Positions 1 to 13,573 of a stretch of DNA of 64,000 nt are shown here, piece after piece (position 1 is the first letter of the stretch; each line of letters begins with the position of its first letter). The stretch is from assembly GCA_020137815.1 (NCBI GenBank), contig CM035358.1:2046001-2110000 (forward strand). Direction: 5' to 3'. The translations under genes were made by a program, and so were the position numbers. Under the pieces are notes generated by a model. That model worked only from the letters and a program-made list of their open reading frames with translations. It made no database searches and was not told where the DNA came from. This stretch comes from Hormiphora californensis. Lineage: Eukaryota > Animalia > Ctenophora.

Positions 1-795
1 CGTCGCCTCAATACGACACTGTCAGGTAAACTTTTAGATACTAGTCCAATAGCAATCGATGGGCAACTAATGGGATTTTTTAGTTCAGTGTTCACACCAG
101 GCCTTCAGCTCAGTGCAAGTTGGGCAGACGTACAGTAACATTGTGGAACGGGCCGTGGGCCTCCAATACCATATTGATTTGCACTTTGCAGTCGGCTGAA
201 TTATGATAATATTGAAACATGATCTTTTCTCAATATACTTGAGCAGGCCGGCTGCTCCCTTCAGTTGTTTTGATTGCTTATCCCTGAGTTTTTAATTCTC
301 ACAGGCTGTAATTGTACGATCACTTCTCTGTTAACAGATAGTTCCGTGGATAGAAGAGTTTCTGGAGGCTAAGATATCAACTTGGGATGGATTGTCGCTA
401 GGTGATCCCGTTTCCATAACAACGCCCCACTCTCTCAACTCCCTACAGATGTGCTGCACAGTGTTTCGGAGGTGAGTGTAAAACAGATTTGGTCCTGTCT
501 GACGGTTGTTTTGTTCAAACCCTTTTTATTTTTATTCCTTCGCCGTCGCGGGGCGCGAGGAAGGAGGGTCGAACAAGGCAATCTGACGGCACCGACCCGA
601 TCTGAGCGCACTGTCGTTTTGAGAATCAAAACGGTGTCACATATCAATAGCTGAAGAAGTCAGACATAGATCAGTCGAATGCTCCTGTTCTTAATGGAAT
701 ATTAGTACTGCAAAATCGTTGTTTCTCTTTAATTGTCACATATCAAGATTATTATTAGTTCCCCCTCCTCACATATCCCCCTCACTTCCTACCAG

Positions 796-1458
796 GATTG
801 TTCAGCAGCTGACAGCGCTACAAAACCCCCGTGATTTAGCGAGGAAAGGACTACACTTTCTGTTACAGACGGTCCACGAATGCAGGACACTCAAGGTAAT
901 AATTTGGTTACTTCTTCTTCTAAAGAGTGCATGGGTAGGGGAACCCACTAGGAACTATCGCGATGTGGCTTGCACTGTGAGTGTTCATGATAAGTGATCC
1001 CGAGGGGTGGTGATAACTTTGGTTAGGCTTTAGCATATATCCACTTGATCCACTAGGGTAGCAGCCTGAACCCCCATTGGTGGATGTAGTAGACAATTGT
1101 GACAAGTGAAACAAGGTTTTACAAAAGGATTTTGTAAAACCTTGTTTCACTTGTCACAATAGTTCAGCTCTCCGCATCCCCGGATCGAGCACTCTACCAG
1201 GATACAAACTTCTAAATCTAACTAGGGATGTAGTAGATAATTGTCTATAGTTTCATATCTACCTTTAAGCTAAGGGCCAAATGGACAAAAGTTTCACCAC
1301 CCATTGGGAACTTTTATCTGCATCACATTTACGCAGGTAACAATTATATCGTTCTTAGAATTCTTGAGATTCTTGAGGGTGTTTTAAATTCAAGAAGGAA
1401 GCACAAATCTTGAATTCCCTGCATTTTCTGGATAGCCCGGTAACTATCTCGTCGTCTC

Positions 1459-1526
<68 letters not shown>

Positions 1527-1533
1527 GTGAGAG

Positions 1534-1614
<81 letters not shown>

Positions 1615-2710
1615 CCATTTCTTCCTGACTAAATCGTCACACCTCTCTCCAGGTGCAAAATCCCTCTTTCTCTCTTTTTCTAATTCTCTCTCACTATCTC
1701 TTTCTCTCTATCTTCCTCTCTCTTCCCCCCCCCCCCCTCACCCTCCCTCTCCCAGGTGTCCTATCCTCGTGGCGCCCTGGTGATCTGGGTCTATCTGGGC
1801 TGTATGGACCTCCTAGATGCCGTGAAACATGCCTCTCAACAAAATAATATGGTAATTGTTCACCCTATCAGATCAATGCTCTAACAGAGTTTCCCCGCCG
1901 TTCTGGTTCTCATTTTGATGACTGATAGAGACACTAAAGAAAGTAATAAAGAGGTAATAGCAAATCAATACGTTCAGGATATATCTGAGGCGTTGGCGGT
2001 TGCAAAGGGACAATTGTACAGTTTGGCCCGGGATAAACTCCATCAAATCGGAGAGATGGCCGGCCATACTGGTGGTGAACGGTACAGTAAGGAGGAGATA
2101 AAGATCTTAGTAGCTGGTGAGTTGTTCAGGGGCCAGCCGCCGGGGTAACATGCGATTGTTTCAGGGGGTTACCATGGTAACAGTAGAAGCTTCATGTTTG
2201 TAGCTGCTCAACTATTTCCTTTGTCTAATTCTCGATATATACAGGAAGTAAGAGTGATGCGATAGCGAAGGTATTCTCGGAGCGGCAACTGTTTCACAAA
2301 CAGTACATTGACCTATCCCAACTGGCGATTGTGTCCTTTAAGCAGGGATCCTGGTCCCACCATGCGCAACACGTCAACCTTACCCTCGCACTATATCTCC
2401 GAAATAGTGGTAATTATCCTAACTCTCGCTCTTTCTATCATTATGAGAAATATATCCCTCTAACATCCCCCTAATTAACCAGACTATGATCTTTCTTGAA
2501 GATTCTTCCACCTTCGATCTAGAAACTTCAAAACTGCTAAAAGACTCTCCCCTCCTGCTAGGAAACCAGACAGAAGCCCTGAATGCAGAGACCCACCTCC
2601 GTGAAGTGTGTAACTCGTATCATGATCAGGGATGGTCTACGCTGGCATCCTTTACCCGGCTGAAGTTATGCGAGACACAAAACAAGCTAGGTACATGCTC
2701 TCTCTCTCTC

Positions 2711-2804
<94 letters not shown>

Positions 2805-2812
2805 TCTCTCTT

Positions 2813-2876
<64 letters not shown>

Positions 2877-5800
2877 CGGTGTCACGTCTCACGTACACAC
2901 GTGGTGATTAGTGGACTCGCCTGCAAGCACCGCAAGGGACACCCCACCAATTGTAATCGGGTCGGGGGGTCGGATGTCTCGGTAGCATGGCGTCTGACAA
3001 CCGTCTGACAAGAGTCGGGTGTCTGTTCTAATAAGGTAGTATAAAACCCCCATCATCTCCCCTCATTTCCATACTCCCAACTACAACACCAACTACAACC
3101 ACCCTAACTACCAACTACTACCTTCCTAACTACATTACCATGGCAACAATACCAGTATCTTCCTCCTACCCCTGCCAGTTCAACTCGGAATTCTACGACC
3201 TCCCTACTCCTCTGGGTCCCCTTCCTGAATTCTACCAACTACCCCTCTACCCGGACTACTACACCGCATTTGGGATCACCTCTCCTACATCCCTGGCTGA
3301 AGAACAGATGCTCCACTCCCAGTTCCTGACCTCCATACCCGACCTAATCGATCCATCTCAACTACCTCCCCTTGTGGCCCCTCCTCAGCAGATATCCTAC
3401 CCGGTTCCAAGAGAGGATGCCAGTACTCAACAACTCCCCTACCCAATCGATGATGACTGCCAGATAGTGTCGAGTACCACCAGCTGCGGCCCAATTCGAC
3501 CTGCCAAGAAGAGGAGATCGAGACGGAGCCCTGACTCATCCTGCCGACACCGCACCAAGTTCCTTCCCTACCAACTGGAATACCTGGAAGTGGAGTTCTC
3601 CAAAACACCATTCGCAGTGTCTGATCGGAAGGAGGAAATTGCCCGGAATTTGGGTCTTCCTGCCAAGACGGTCGCTCTGTGGTTCCAGAATCGACGTGCT
3701 AAGATGAAGAGGAGTGGATCGGGACTGAAGGAGTGTTGAAGAGAGAGATTGTTACATTAACTAGAGAGAGAGAGAGAGATTGTTACATTAACTAGAGCGA
3801 GAGAGGGAGAGAGATTGTTTCATTAACTAGAGGGAGAGACAGAGATAGAGAATGTGTTATATTTTTGTTGTGGCATGTTGTCACTAATAAGATCTGTTTT
3901 AAGTTTTTAGCCCATTTGAATTTCGAGAAAACAAAGAAATTGAGTTTGCCTTGGTAACAATTATTGTTCCAATCACCCTCTCCCCCTTCACTATTTCACA
4001 TATCCTTTATCCCTCCTACTTCAATCAAGTCCAAATCATTCCAACCCCCTTCGTATTTCATCTAACTTTCTATCCATTCTTTACTCAACAAATCTCCCCA
4101 GGCCCTTCCATCCAACTTCCATCTCCCTAGGTCTTGTTGAGCACGAGGTGGTATCCTGTTCCCATTTGGCAGCAGGTGGATCAATGGAGCACAGCGAGAG
4201 GTTCCTGGAATGTTTAGAGGCCCTCAACAAGGGAGACACAGAGGAACCAACACTCTTACCCCTACAACCACTATTCAAGGTAACTATGGTAACCAACACT
4301 CCTACCCCTACAACCATTATTCAAGGTAACCATGGTAACCAACACTCCTACCCCTACAACCATTATTCAAGGTAACCATGGTAACCAACACTCCTACCCC
4401 TACAACCACTATTCAAGGTAACCATGGTAACCAACACTCCTACCACTTCAACCATTATTCAAGTTAACCATGGTAACCACCCCAAAACCACTGTCTGTTC
4501 AAGGTAATCACCAGGCAGTTACCATGGTTACCACTAGCAACTATTATTGTTGAGTAACGTCACATCACTCACCTTGTAACCACAAGAGTGGTACTGTCCC
4601 GCCAATATCTTCGTGTTATAAAATTATCCGAGAAACACATTCCTTGTTGAGTTACTCAACAACATATTCGAGGTGTGTGTCTCTGGGTCCCCTCCCACCT
4701 TTGTACACATTTCATTCCAGGTGTCCCTGGGCGAGAACGAGGACTTCAGAAGAACCCCCCTCCGAGTGAAGTCCACTACCGACCAGTGTAGTGTGGTGTT
4801 TACCATTTCCAACAGTTCCCAACTACCCATCCCTAATACAACGGTATAAGCTGTTTGTTTGTTTGTATAGGAACCAAGCTGCGTAAAGATATACTGTTAA
4901 TTGCGTTCTCAAAAAAATCAGTCCAGTCGAAAGGAACTTCCTGCGTTTTATACCACAAAAGTGTGACCACCTAAACTTCCTTCTAGGTGGTTGTAAAGTT
5001 TGATACTGATAGGGAGACACTGAATCGCAGCAAGTCATTAGTAGATGAGCCAGTCAGCCCGACTGATCCATCCGATGGGTTGTCCCTTATCTCACTGCGA
5101 GCTGAAACGGAGCTGCAGAGGAAGGACCAGGAAGGGGGCACAAGAAGGAGCATGTTGGGATCTTCCCAGCCTACCACCCTACAACCAGGTATGTACAATA
5201 TAAAGGAGGGTGGTTACCATGGTTACCATGGTTACCAGGAGGAGCATGTTGGGATCTTCCCAGCCTACCACCCTACAACCAGGTATGTACAATATAAAGG
5301 AGGGTGGTTACCATAGTTACCATGGTTACCATGGTTACCAGGAGGAGCATGTTGGGATCTTCCCAGTCTACCACCCTACAACCAGGTATGTACAATATAA
5401 AGGAGGGTGGTTACCATAGTTACCATGGTTACCATGGTTACCAGGAGGAGCATGTTGGGATCTTCCCAGCCTACCACCCTACAACCAGGTATGTACAATA
5501 TAAAGGAGGGTGGTTACCATAGTTACCATGGTTACCAGGAGGAGCATGTTGGGATCTTCCCAGCCTACCACCCTACAACCAGGTATGTACAATATAAAGG
5601 AGGGTGGTTACCATAGTTACCATGGTTACCAGGAGGAGCATGTTGGGATCTTCCCAGCCTACCACCCTACAACCAGGTATGTACAATATAAAGGAGGGTG
5701 GTTACCATAGTTACCATGGTTACCATGGTTACCAGGAGGAGCATGTTGGGATCTTCCCAGCCTACCACCCTACAACCAGGTATGTACAATATAAAGGAGG

Positions 5801-8800
5801 GTGGTTACCATGGTTGCCATGGTTACCCCAGGAGGAGCATGTTGGGATCTTCCCAGCCTACCACCCTACAACCAGGTATGTACAATATAAAGGAGGGTGG
5901 TTACCATGGTTACCATAGTTACCATGGTTACCAGGAGGAGCATGTTGGGATCTTCCCAGCCTACCACCCTACAACCAGGTATGTACAATATAAAGGAGGG
6001 TGGTTACCATAGTTACCATGGTTACCAGGAGGAGCATGTTGGGATCTTCCCAGCCTACCACCCTACAACCAGGTATGTACAATATAAAGGAGGGTGGTTA
6101 CCATAGTTACCATGGTTACCATGGTTACCAGGAGGAGCATGTTGGGATCTTCCCAGCCTACCACCCTACAACCAGGTATGTACAATATAAAGGAGGGTGG
6201 TTACCATGGTTGCCATGGTTACCCCAGGAGGAGCATGTTGGGATCTTCCCAGCCTACCACCCTACAACCAGGTATGTACAATATAAAGGAGGGTGGTTAC
6301 CATGGTTACCATAGTTACCATGGTTACCAGGAGGAGCATGTTGGGATCTTCCCAGCCTACCACCCTACAACCAGGTATGTACAATATAAAGGAGGGTGGT
6401 TACCATAGTTACCATGGTTACCAGGAGGAGCATGTTGGGATCTTCCCAGTCTACCACCCTACAACCAGGTATGTACAATATAAAGGAGGGTGGTTACCAT
6501 AGTTACCATGGTTACCATGGTTACCAGGAGGAGCATGTTGGGATCTTCCCAGTCTACCACCCTACAACCAGGTATGTACAATATAAAGGAGGGTGGTTAC
6601 CATAGTTACCATGGTTACCAGGAGGAGCATGTTGGGATCTTCCCAGCCTACCACCCTACAACCAGGTATGTACAATATAAAGGAGGGTGGTTACCATGGT
6701 TACCATGGTTACCATGGTTACCAGGAGGAGCATGTTGGGATCTTCCCAGCCTACCACCCTACAACCAGGTATGTACAATATAAAGGAGGGTGGTTACCAT
6801 AGTTATCATGGTTACCATGGTTACCAGAAGGAGCATGTTAGGATCTTCCCAGCCTACCACCCTACAACCAGGTATGTACAATATAAAGGAGGGTGGTTAC
6901 CATAGTTACCATGGTTACCATGGTTACCAGGAGGAGCAGGATGAGCAAAAAACGGTAAAAAGCCCGATTTTGAGCATCTTTAAAGCCAAATAGCGGCCAA
7001 ACGGTTGGAGATAGAGCTTAAAAGTTCGACGTGGACCCCCCATAACTTGGCTATTGCCTACAAAATGGCACCAGTGAAAAGTCTCTAAACCATTCCTAAG
7101 TGGCTACAGCCATTTAGCCAAAATACGGTTATGCGCATATCTAATTATCCAATTATCTAATTAACCAGATAAGATAGAGACTTAATTTCCGCACCTACCC
7201 CCACTAATGCGAGGACGCTACACATTTTAGTGTCCTTAGATTTGTCTCTACTCCTTTCCTAAGCCCCGTTTTGGTTTTCGCCAGAAGGCTAAAACATAGG
7301 TAAAAGGGCGTGGCCCAAAAACCCAACTTCTTCATTGATAAAACCGCGACCAATTTTTTTGGTGTTTCTAGGGACCTAATAGAGTCTACTAGAAGTGAAA
7401 TTAGCTTGATAACAATTATGCCCATATTTTGTCATCATATGCCCTGACTAATATAAAGGAGGGTGGTTACCATGGTTACCATGGTTACCATGAGAAGCAT
7501 GTTGATTGTTGGGGTCTGGTACATTTCTGACTGGGGCGTTTGCCAGCGCTGTGATGCCCACAACTACCGGTTGTCATGGTATCACTCATGTAGTTCCTAG
7601 TTGTGTAGATTATTCCATGACAATTCATGCATACATTTCAAAATAGTATCTGGGTTCATTTTATTTGTAGCACTTTGATACGTTTCTTCCTCCAATAAGA
7701 TTGCTTTTATACCCGAAGAAGTGCGAGAAATGGAAATAACATTCAAACGGGATTCAAACACATTCAACTGCAGTAGCCCTCCCCCTCCATTACCAGTGTG
7801 TAATTATAAGTGTGTTACTGTACACAAGTATAACATGCAATACTCTATCATCCTGCACGTACAACAGAATGCATCTTTTTAAACTCTTTCACTCTCAGCA
7901 ATATAACTCCACCTTTCACTTTCGTCTTTCTATCCTGCTTTCTCCTGATATTTTAGTCCTTTTGTTTTGTTCGTTTTCTTCTGATTTCCATTTTTCACCT
8001 TACTCCCACTCTCTTGATAATCTAGAACCATGAAAAAGTGTACGGCGATCCTCCTGTGTATCGGATGTGCCGCCCTTCTAGCAGCTGTAGCTATCGGCCT
8101 CTACTTTGCCCTCCGACCACCACCAAACCCCACTATTACAACCTCTACAGCTGGAACAATAACCGGAGTTACTAACGGTGATATATGGGAGTTTCACAAT
8201 ATAAAGTATGCGGAAGACCCTGTAGGTGATCTGAGGTTCGCGCCTCCTCAAGCAATCGAGAGGGTTGCGGATGAAGCAGTGGATGGGAGCAATGCTAGTA
8301 CAGTGATGTGTGTTCAGGGGATGAGAGGGGTTGGCATGCCAGCTGGGGGTGAGGAGTGTCTGGTTCTCAGTGTCCGGGCTCCTAAGAACTCCCAGAATGG
8401 ATCTCTACCCATTGTGGTATGGATCCATGGTGGCGGTCTGTACCTCGGTTGGAACTCCCAACCCGGCTACTTCTTCTCTTCAACCTCTACTGAGAAACTT
8501 AACTGCGGTGGTGGTGAGCATTAATTACCGGTTAGGATTCCTAGGATGGGCAGCACTAGGGGGAATATCACCCAACAACGGACTACTAGATCAGATCACC
8601 GCGCTGGAGTGGGTGAGAGATAACGGGGGTGCGTTTGGGGGTGACACCTCCAATGTGACCATTGTAGGTGAGAGTGCAGGGGGCACCTCCGTGTTGGCGC
8701 TACTATTTGCATCACGTGCCCAGGGACTCTTTCACCGTGTGGTGTCACTTAGCCCAGCACCCGCTTTTGATACGAGGGATAATATTGAGATGGTACAGAA

Positions 8801-11800
8801 ACAAGGCTGGTTAGTGGACAATGACTGTGATGCAACAGATTCCAATGATACGGTGTTTGTGGGGTGTTTGAGGAGCTTAGATTCCGATTCTTACTCGCTG
8901 GTAGTAGAATGGAATGGTACCTACCCCGGTATTGGGTACTTTGACTTCCCCCTCCGGTATGCAGCTGATATCAACATCTCGGAATCCGTTGGGTTGATCT
9001 TCAGAGATGGGGATATCATCGATCTGGACAGCCCTCACTTCACTGACAATGTATTTGTATCAAGTCTTGTTGAGGAGGTGGCGTTTATGGTGCCGCTGAA
9101 CTATGAGATTGAGGTGTCGTGGGAGGTAGCTGAACCTCTAATTGACTCTCTCCTTCCAGCTCTAAACACTACCCTAACCTCCGCTGCAGAACTCACGGTA
9201 TCAGGTAGCCCCTACGCAAACCTCACCAACTCCACCATTTGGAATAGGTTTGTAACCGACATGAGGGTGACATGTCCTGCAAATAACTTTGCGACGGAGT
9301 ACGGATTCAATCGGGTTCTAATCTCTCATCACTTGGTGTTCAATAACGTCAGCTACCCTGCTATACATGCATACTGATACCTATGCCATGTTCGAATGGA
9401 GTACAGAAGGATGGTACAGCTACTATCTACCCACCCCTACCGGGGCTGAGACCGAACTAGAGGGGGCCATGCTGGATCTACTGATGAGGGAGAGCGAGGG
9501 AAATGTGGTACTGAGTAGAGGGGATGATGGAGGTGTGGTGAGGGAGGTAGGGGATGAGCTGCCACTTGCCGAGTTGTGTCAGTGGCTGGCTGATAGAGGA
9601 CTTGATAAATACCCCTGTATGAACTGAATAATAGGTGGTAGAGACTGGTGGTTAGGTGGGGTAAATTGTATGTTGTTGGTTCCATTAACTGATGTGAATA
9701 ATGGAACCAAGAACATGAAATAGGCCATGAAATGAATGTTGGTAGTATAGAATAGCTCTCCGAACATTTCGTCTTTTTCCCACCCTCAAAAGATGCATTT
9801 ATCGCTTAGATATTTTGAATACAATGGGCTACCTGCTAACTTTTTGAATATATTCAAACAATATTTTGTGCTTTGCTAGTCTATAATGTTCAAATAAGAT
9901 ATAATTGTCAGTTACAAAGCTGTTTTTGCAGGCGATAACAAGGTCCTAGTCTCCTTGGATCCTCGTCATGCTGGCAGCTATGGACTCCACACCTTGCAGA
10001 TACAGGTAGATTGTTATGTTCTAACCCTCCCTTTGTAAAGGCGGGCCGTGCGAAACAGGGTCTAGCTAGGCAACAGGTATATACACTTAATGACACTCAC
10101 CCACACCTCACTACCCCAATAAACCCTTGCAGACTCATAACCTCAATATTATTAAGAGGGTTTACTAATGATAAACCCTCTCACTCCTTGTTGAGTAAGG
10201 GATAGAGAAGCCCCTCTCAACAACTCAACAACTTGCACTCCTAGGTTGGAAGGGTGGTATTTCGGGACAAAACCCCTCCTCCCTCTCTACCCCCATGGTT
10301 CTCTACCCTCAACGTGGGAAGGGAGGTTTCAAGTGTGGAGGTGTCCGTTAACCAACCCGCCGAGAAAATGTTCATATCCGGTCAGGAACAGGTATATTGG
10401 ACAACGAGAGAATAATCTCTAGATTTAGGGTATTTCGAACGTTCCGTGGGCAGTATGTCAGAGATTTAGGGTATTTCGAATTTAGTATTAGCCATTGGAT
10501 TAGGGGATGCATATTGTATATTTGAACATGAAAACAACTTTCTTGTCATACCGTAATCTGGGGTAACTTTGTTTTGCAGGGTAACTTTGGACACTTTCAA
10601 AATTTGGCTTTAGTCCAAAATTACCAACAGATAAGGACAGATTTGGCATAATTTTTGGGTGTACAAGTAATTGACCCACAAATGTCTAACTAACGGTACA
10701 ATTATTTTTTTCAATTCTATGCTAATTAGCTCCTAATTATGGGCAAACATAATTGATGTCAAAATCGCTAAAAATGTTCAAATCAAAATGGGTACCATAG
10801 ATTTGACCGGGCTAATGACCGAATCAAGTTTGCTCCATAGAGTGGAAGGGTTTCGATCAAATAATTCGGGGCACCATTTTTCAAACCCGATCAATTACTT
10901 TAATTGAGACTAATAGGGGTGGCTAATGTTACCCCACCATTTTTTTGAATTTTGGGGTAACTTTGGACGGGGTGCCAAAGTTACCCCACACTACAGGTTT
11001 TGCACTTTTGGTGTCTGCAGAGTTGCCTTAGACCTTCTCTGAATTGTTTAGCCCACTCCACGCCCATTTCCATCCATCTATTCGATATGTTAGTGAAAAA
11101 ACTAGGATTTGGACTATTTTATGAAGCTAAATCACAGAAATCCGGCATGAAACCCATCAAACTTCAATAATTTGGGGTTCCTTATCCATACTGTAGCTTG
11201 TTAGATGGTATTGGATCTCTAGGCGAGTGTTTTAGTTCTTGTAGACAATCTATGCAGGAGCACAGATACCAAAACTCCTTTATTTAGCCAGTACCCATAA
11301 CTAGACCACTTCCTGTCTATCCAATTCAGCAAAAAGAACTGACACACTCGCCTAGATCAGGGCCAATACCATCTACCAAACTAAAGGGTGGATGAGGAAC
11401 CCCAAATTACTGAAGTGTGATGGGTTTCAGACCGGATGTGGCAACCTCTAAATCAAGTCCGATTGAGCTGAAATTTTATTTCGTTGCTAGTTGCATCATT
11501 CCTCACACCCAAAAAAGTTGATTCGACATCAACAATTTTTTTTAAATCATGGTGCGTTTGGCTAACCCTATTGTTCTTTTTTAATTTATTGGCCCATTTA
11601 AACCCCATTTAAACATTTTATGTTCATTTATTTATCATTGCAAAATGTTCGGATTTATGTTTGTTCCAATATTACTATCGTGGGGTAACTTTGGACGGGT
11701 GTCCAAAGTTACCCCACCCTCATTCCAAAGTTACCCCATGCCCTAAAACCCCACTTACACTAAAATACACGTTAATTAATGTAATTAAATGAGAGGGGAC

Positions 11801-13510
11801 CAAAAATTTCACTAGTTATATCTGGTGTACTAGGTTTGGAACGGGATTATTTGGTTCAAAAATTTTCGAGTGTGGTTCTGGCAAGGAGTTATTTTAGGAG
11901 AATGCTAAAAAGTGGTACAAAGTTACCCCAACTTACGGTACTACGCGATATTGTATTATCGCTTTGGTGAGACAATACTTTCCAAATTCGTGAAAACCAA
12001 TTCCCTCCTGCAGATGTTACCGTTGACAATTGTCTCTGAGAAACATTTCCACTCCCTCTCTGTGACATTAAAACCTGGATCTCCCAACATCTCCTTCAAA
12101 AACGTGGAAAATGGAATGTACGAACTAGAGGTAGGAGAAAATCCGTGTGTTTTGTGTTTATGTTTTCTTGCTTTCGTGTCGTCATTTTGTTTCATCTCTT
12201 TCCCCCCCCCCCTTTTTTCCCCTTCTCACACTCAGTATCACTTCTTATCTTCTTGTACCCCCCACTGTCGAGCTACATTTTGGTCTAATATTACCCGCCG
12301 CCCCACCCCCACCCACCCTCCCCCTCCCACCTCTCCCAATATAGCGGACATTGCTATACTGCATACTACAGAGACAATCCTTGTGTTTTGGTGCACTAAG
12401 TCGCTTATCGCGTGTAACTAATAACAAATGTTCTTAGCTTTCCCACCCTGTTGTCTGTCTTCTAGAACATTCTAGTGGTGCTACATTCTGTCCGACGCCT
12501 TTTTGTGTTTGATTGTTCTCGTTTATCTTTTACATATATCTATGCTGGAAATACACCTCTCATCTCATCACCAACAACATCACGGTACCAATCACCCATC
12601 AAAATGCTGTAAGTTTGTCAGTCCGTAATGTTTGTTGTTTATAAAATTAGATACATCTAGAAAGCCCTGGTCCAATATGTTTCTCACTATTATAATTTAT
12701 TTCATGAACTTTCCACTCACCAATACTCGCTCATTCGTTACTAGTTTCAAGGTGATCACAATCAATTCACTGATTGAGATACAATGTTTTCATTCCAAAA
12801 CCGTTCATTCATAATTTGTTGTTTTTATATTTCCATTCATTATATACCTTAATAATATTATTGATACGAAATCACCAGAGTCATATTAGATCAAATGATC
12901 TTATGCTACAGTTACCCAAGAAAATTTATTGGTATTTTTCCATTGTTTCTTGCTTAAATTATTTTAGAATTCGGACTGAAAAATGAGAATTTTCATCTAC
13001 ACCACCATTACTATATCTAGCTTGCGAGTGAGCCTTAACTAGTATAGCTACAGTTACTGAGAAGAATTAAGTTTTACGATCTAGAAGTATGATTTCATAT
13101 TCTTTCACCCACGACAGACCCCCGACAGACAGAAGACGATCTGGTGGTGATTCCGAAAGGATGATCCGGCACTATGCTGTCTCGCCTGTTCGGCGAGACT
13201 TGGCTGTGTGACTGTTTACAGTCCCAGATGAGTGGTCCAAACCAAACCAAACCAAACCAAACTAGAGGTAGGAGTGAACTTTCAATCCTGGCTTTCAATC
13301 AATCTCTATTAGGTCACTTCCCTGAAGTGTACCACATAGTACAGTCAAACCTCGATTTACCGGACTTCTTAGGGATATCTCATAGCATTTTCGTACGGTC
13401 AATCGAGGTAAAACGAGGTTTAACTGTGCTCATCATATCCCCCCTCTGTTCACACTTCACTCGCTTCTCTCTCACTCCCGTTTTCACTCACTCGACACTC
13501 TCACACCCCC

Positions 13511-13573
<63 letters not shown>

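Noticed and set aside
80-430. Minus-strand reading with Cys-rich end (...YVCPTCTELKAWCEH)
   Set aside because: Short, no clear start or splice context, no recognisable family
505-625. GC-rich segment as a unique structured ncRNA
   Set aside because: Related pieces recur at ~15965-16065, ~16540-16625 and ~43528-43575, so it is a dispersed repeat
5143-6937. CRISPR-like array or repeat-encoded peptide ORFs (MVTMVTRRSMLG...)
   Set aside because: No unique spacers and no cas genes in a eukaryotic intron; the ORFs are by-products of the repeat cycling through frames
13118-13410. Additional TRAPPC10 exon (ORF 13174-13596)
   Set aside because: Candidate acceptors hit stops in the required phase; 12130 splices in frame directly to 13592
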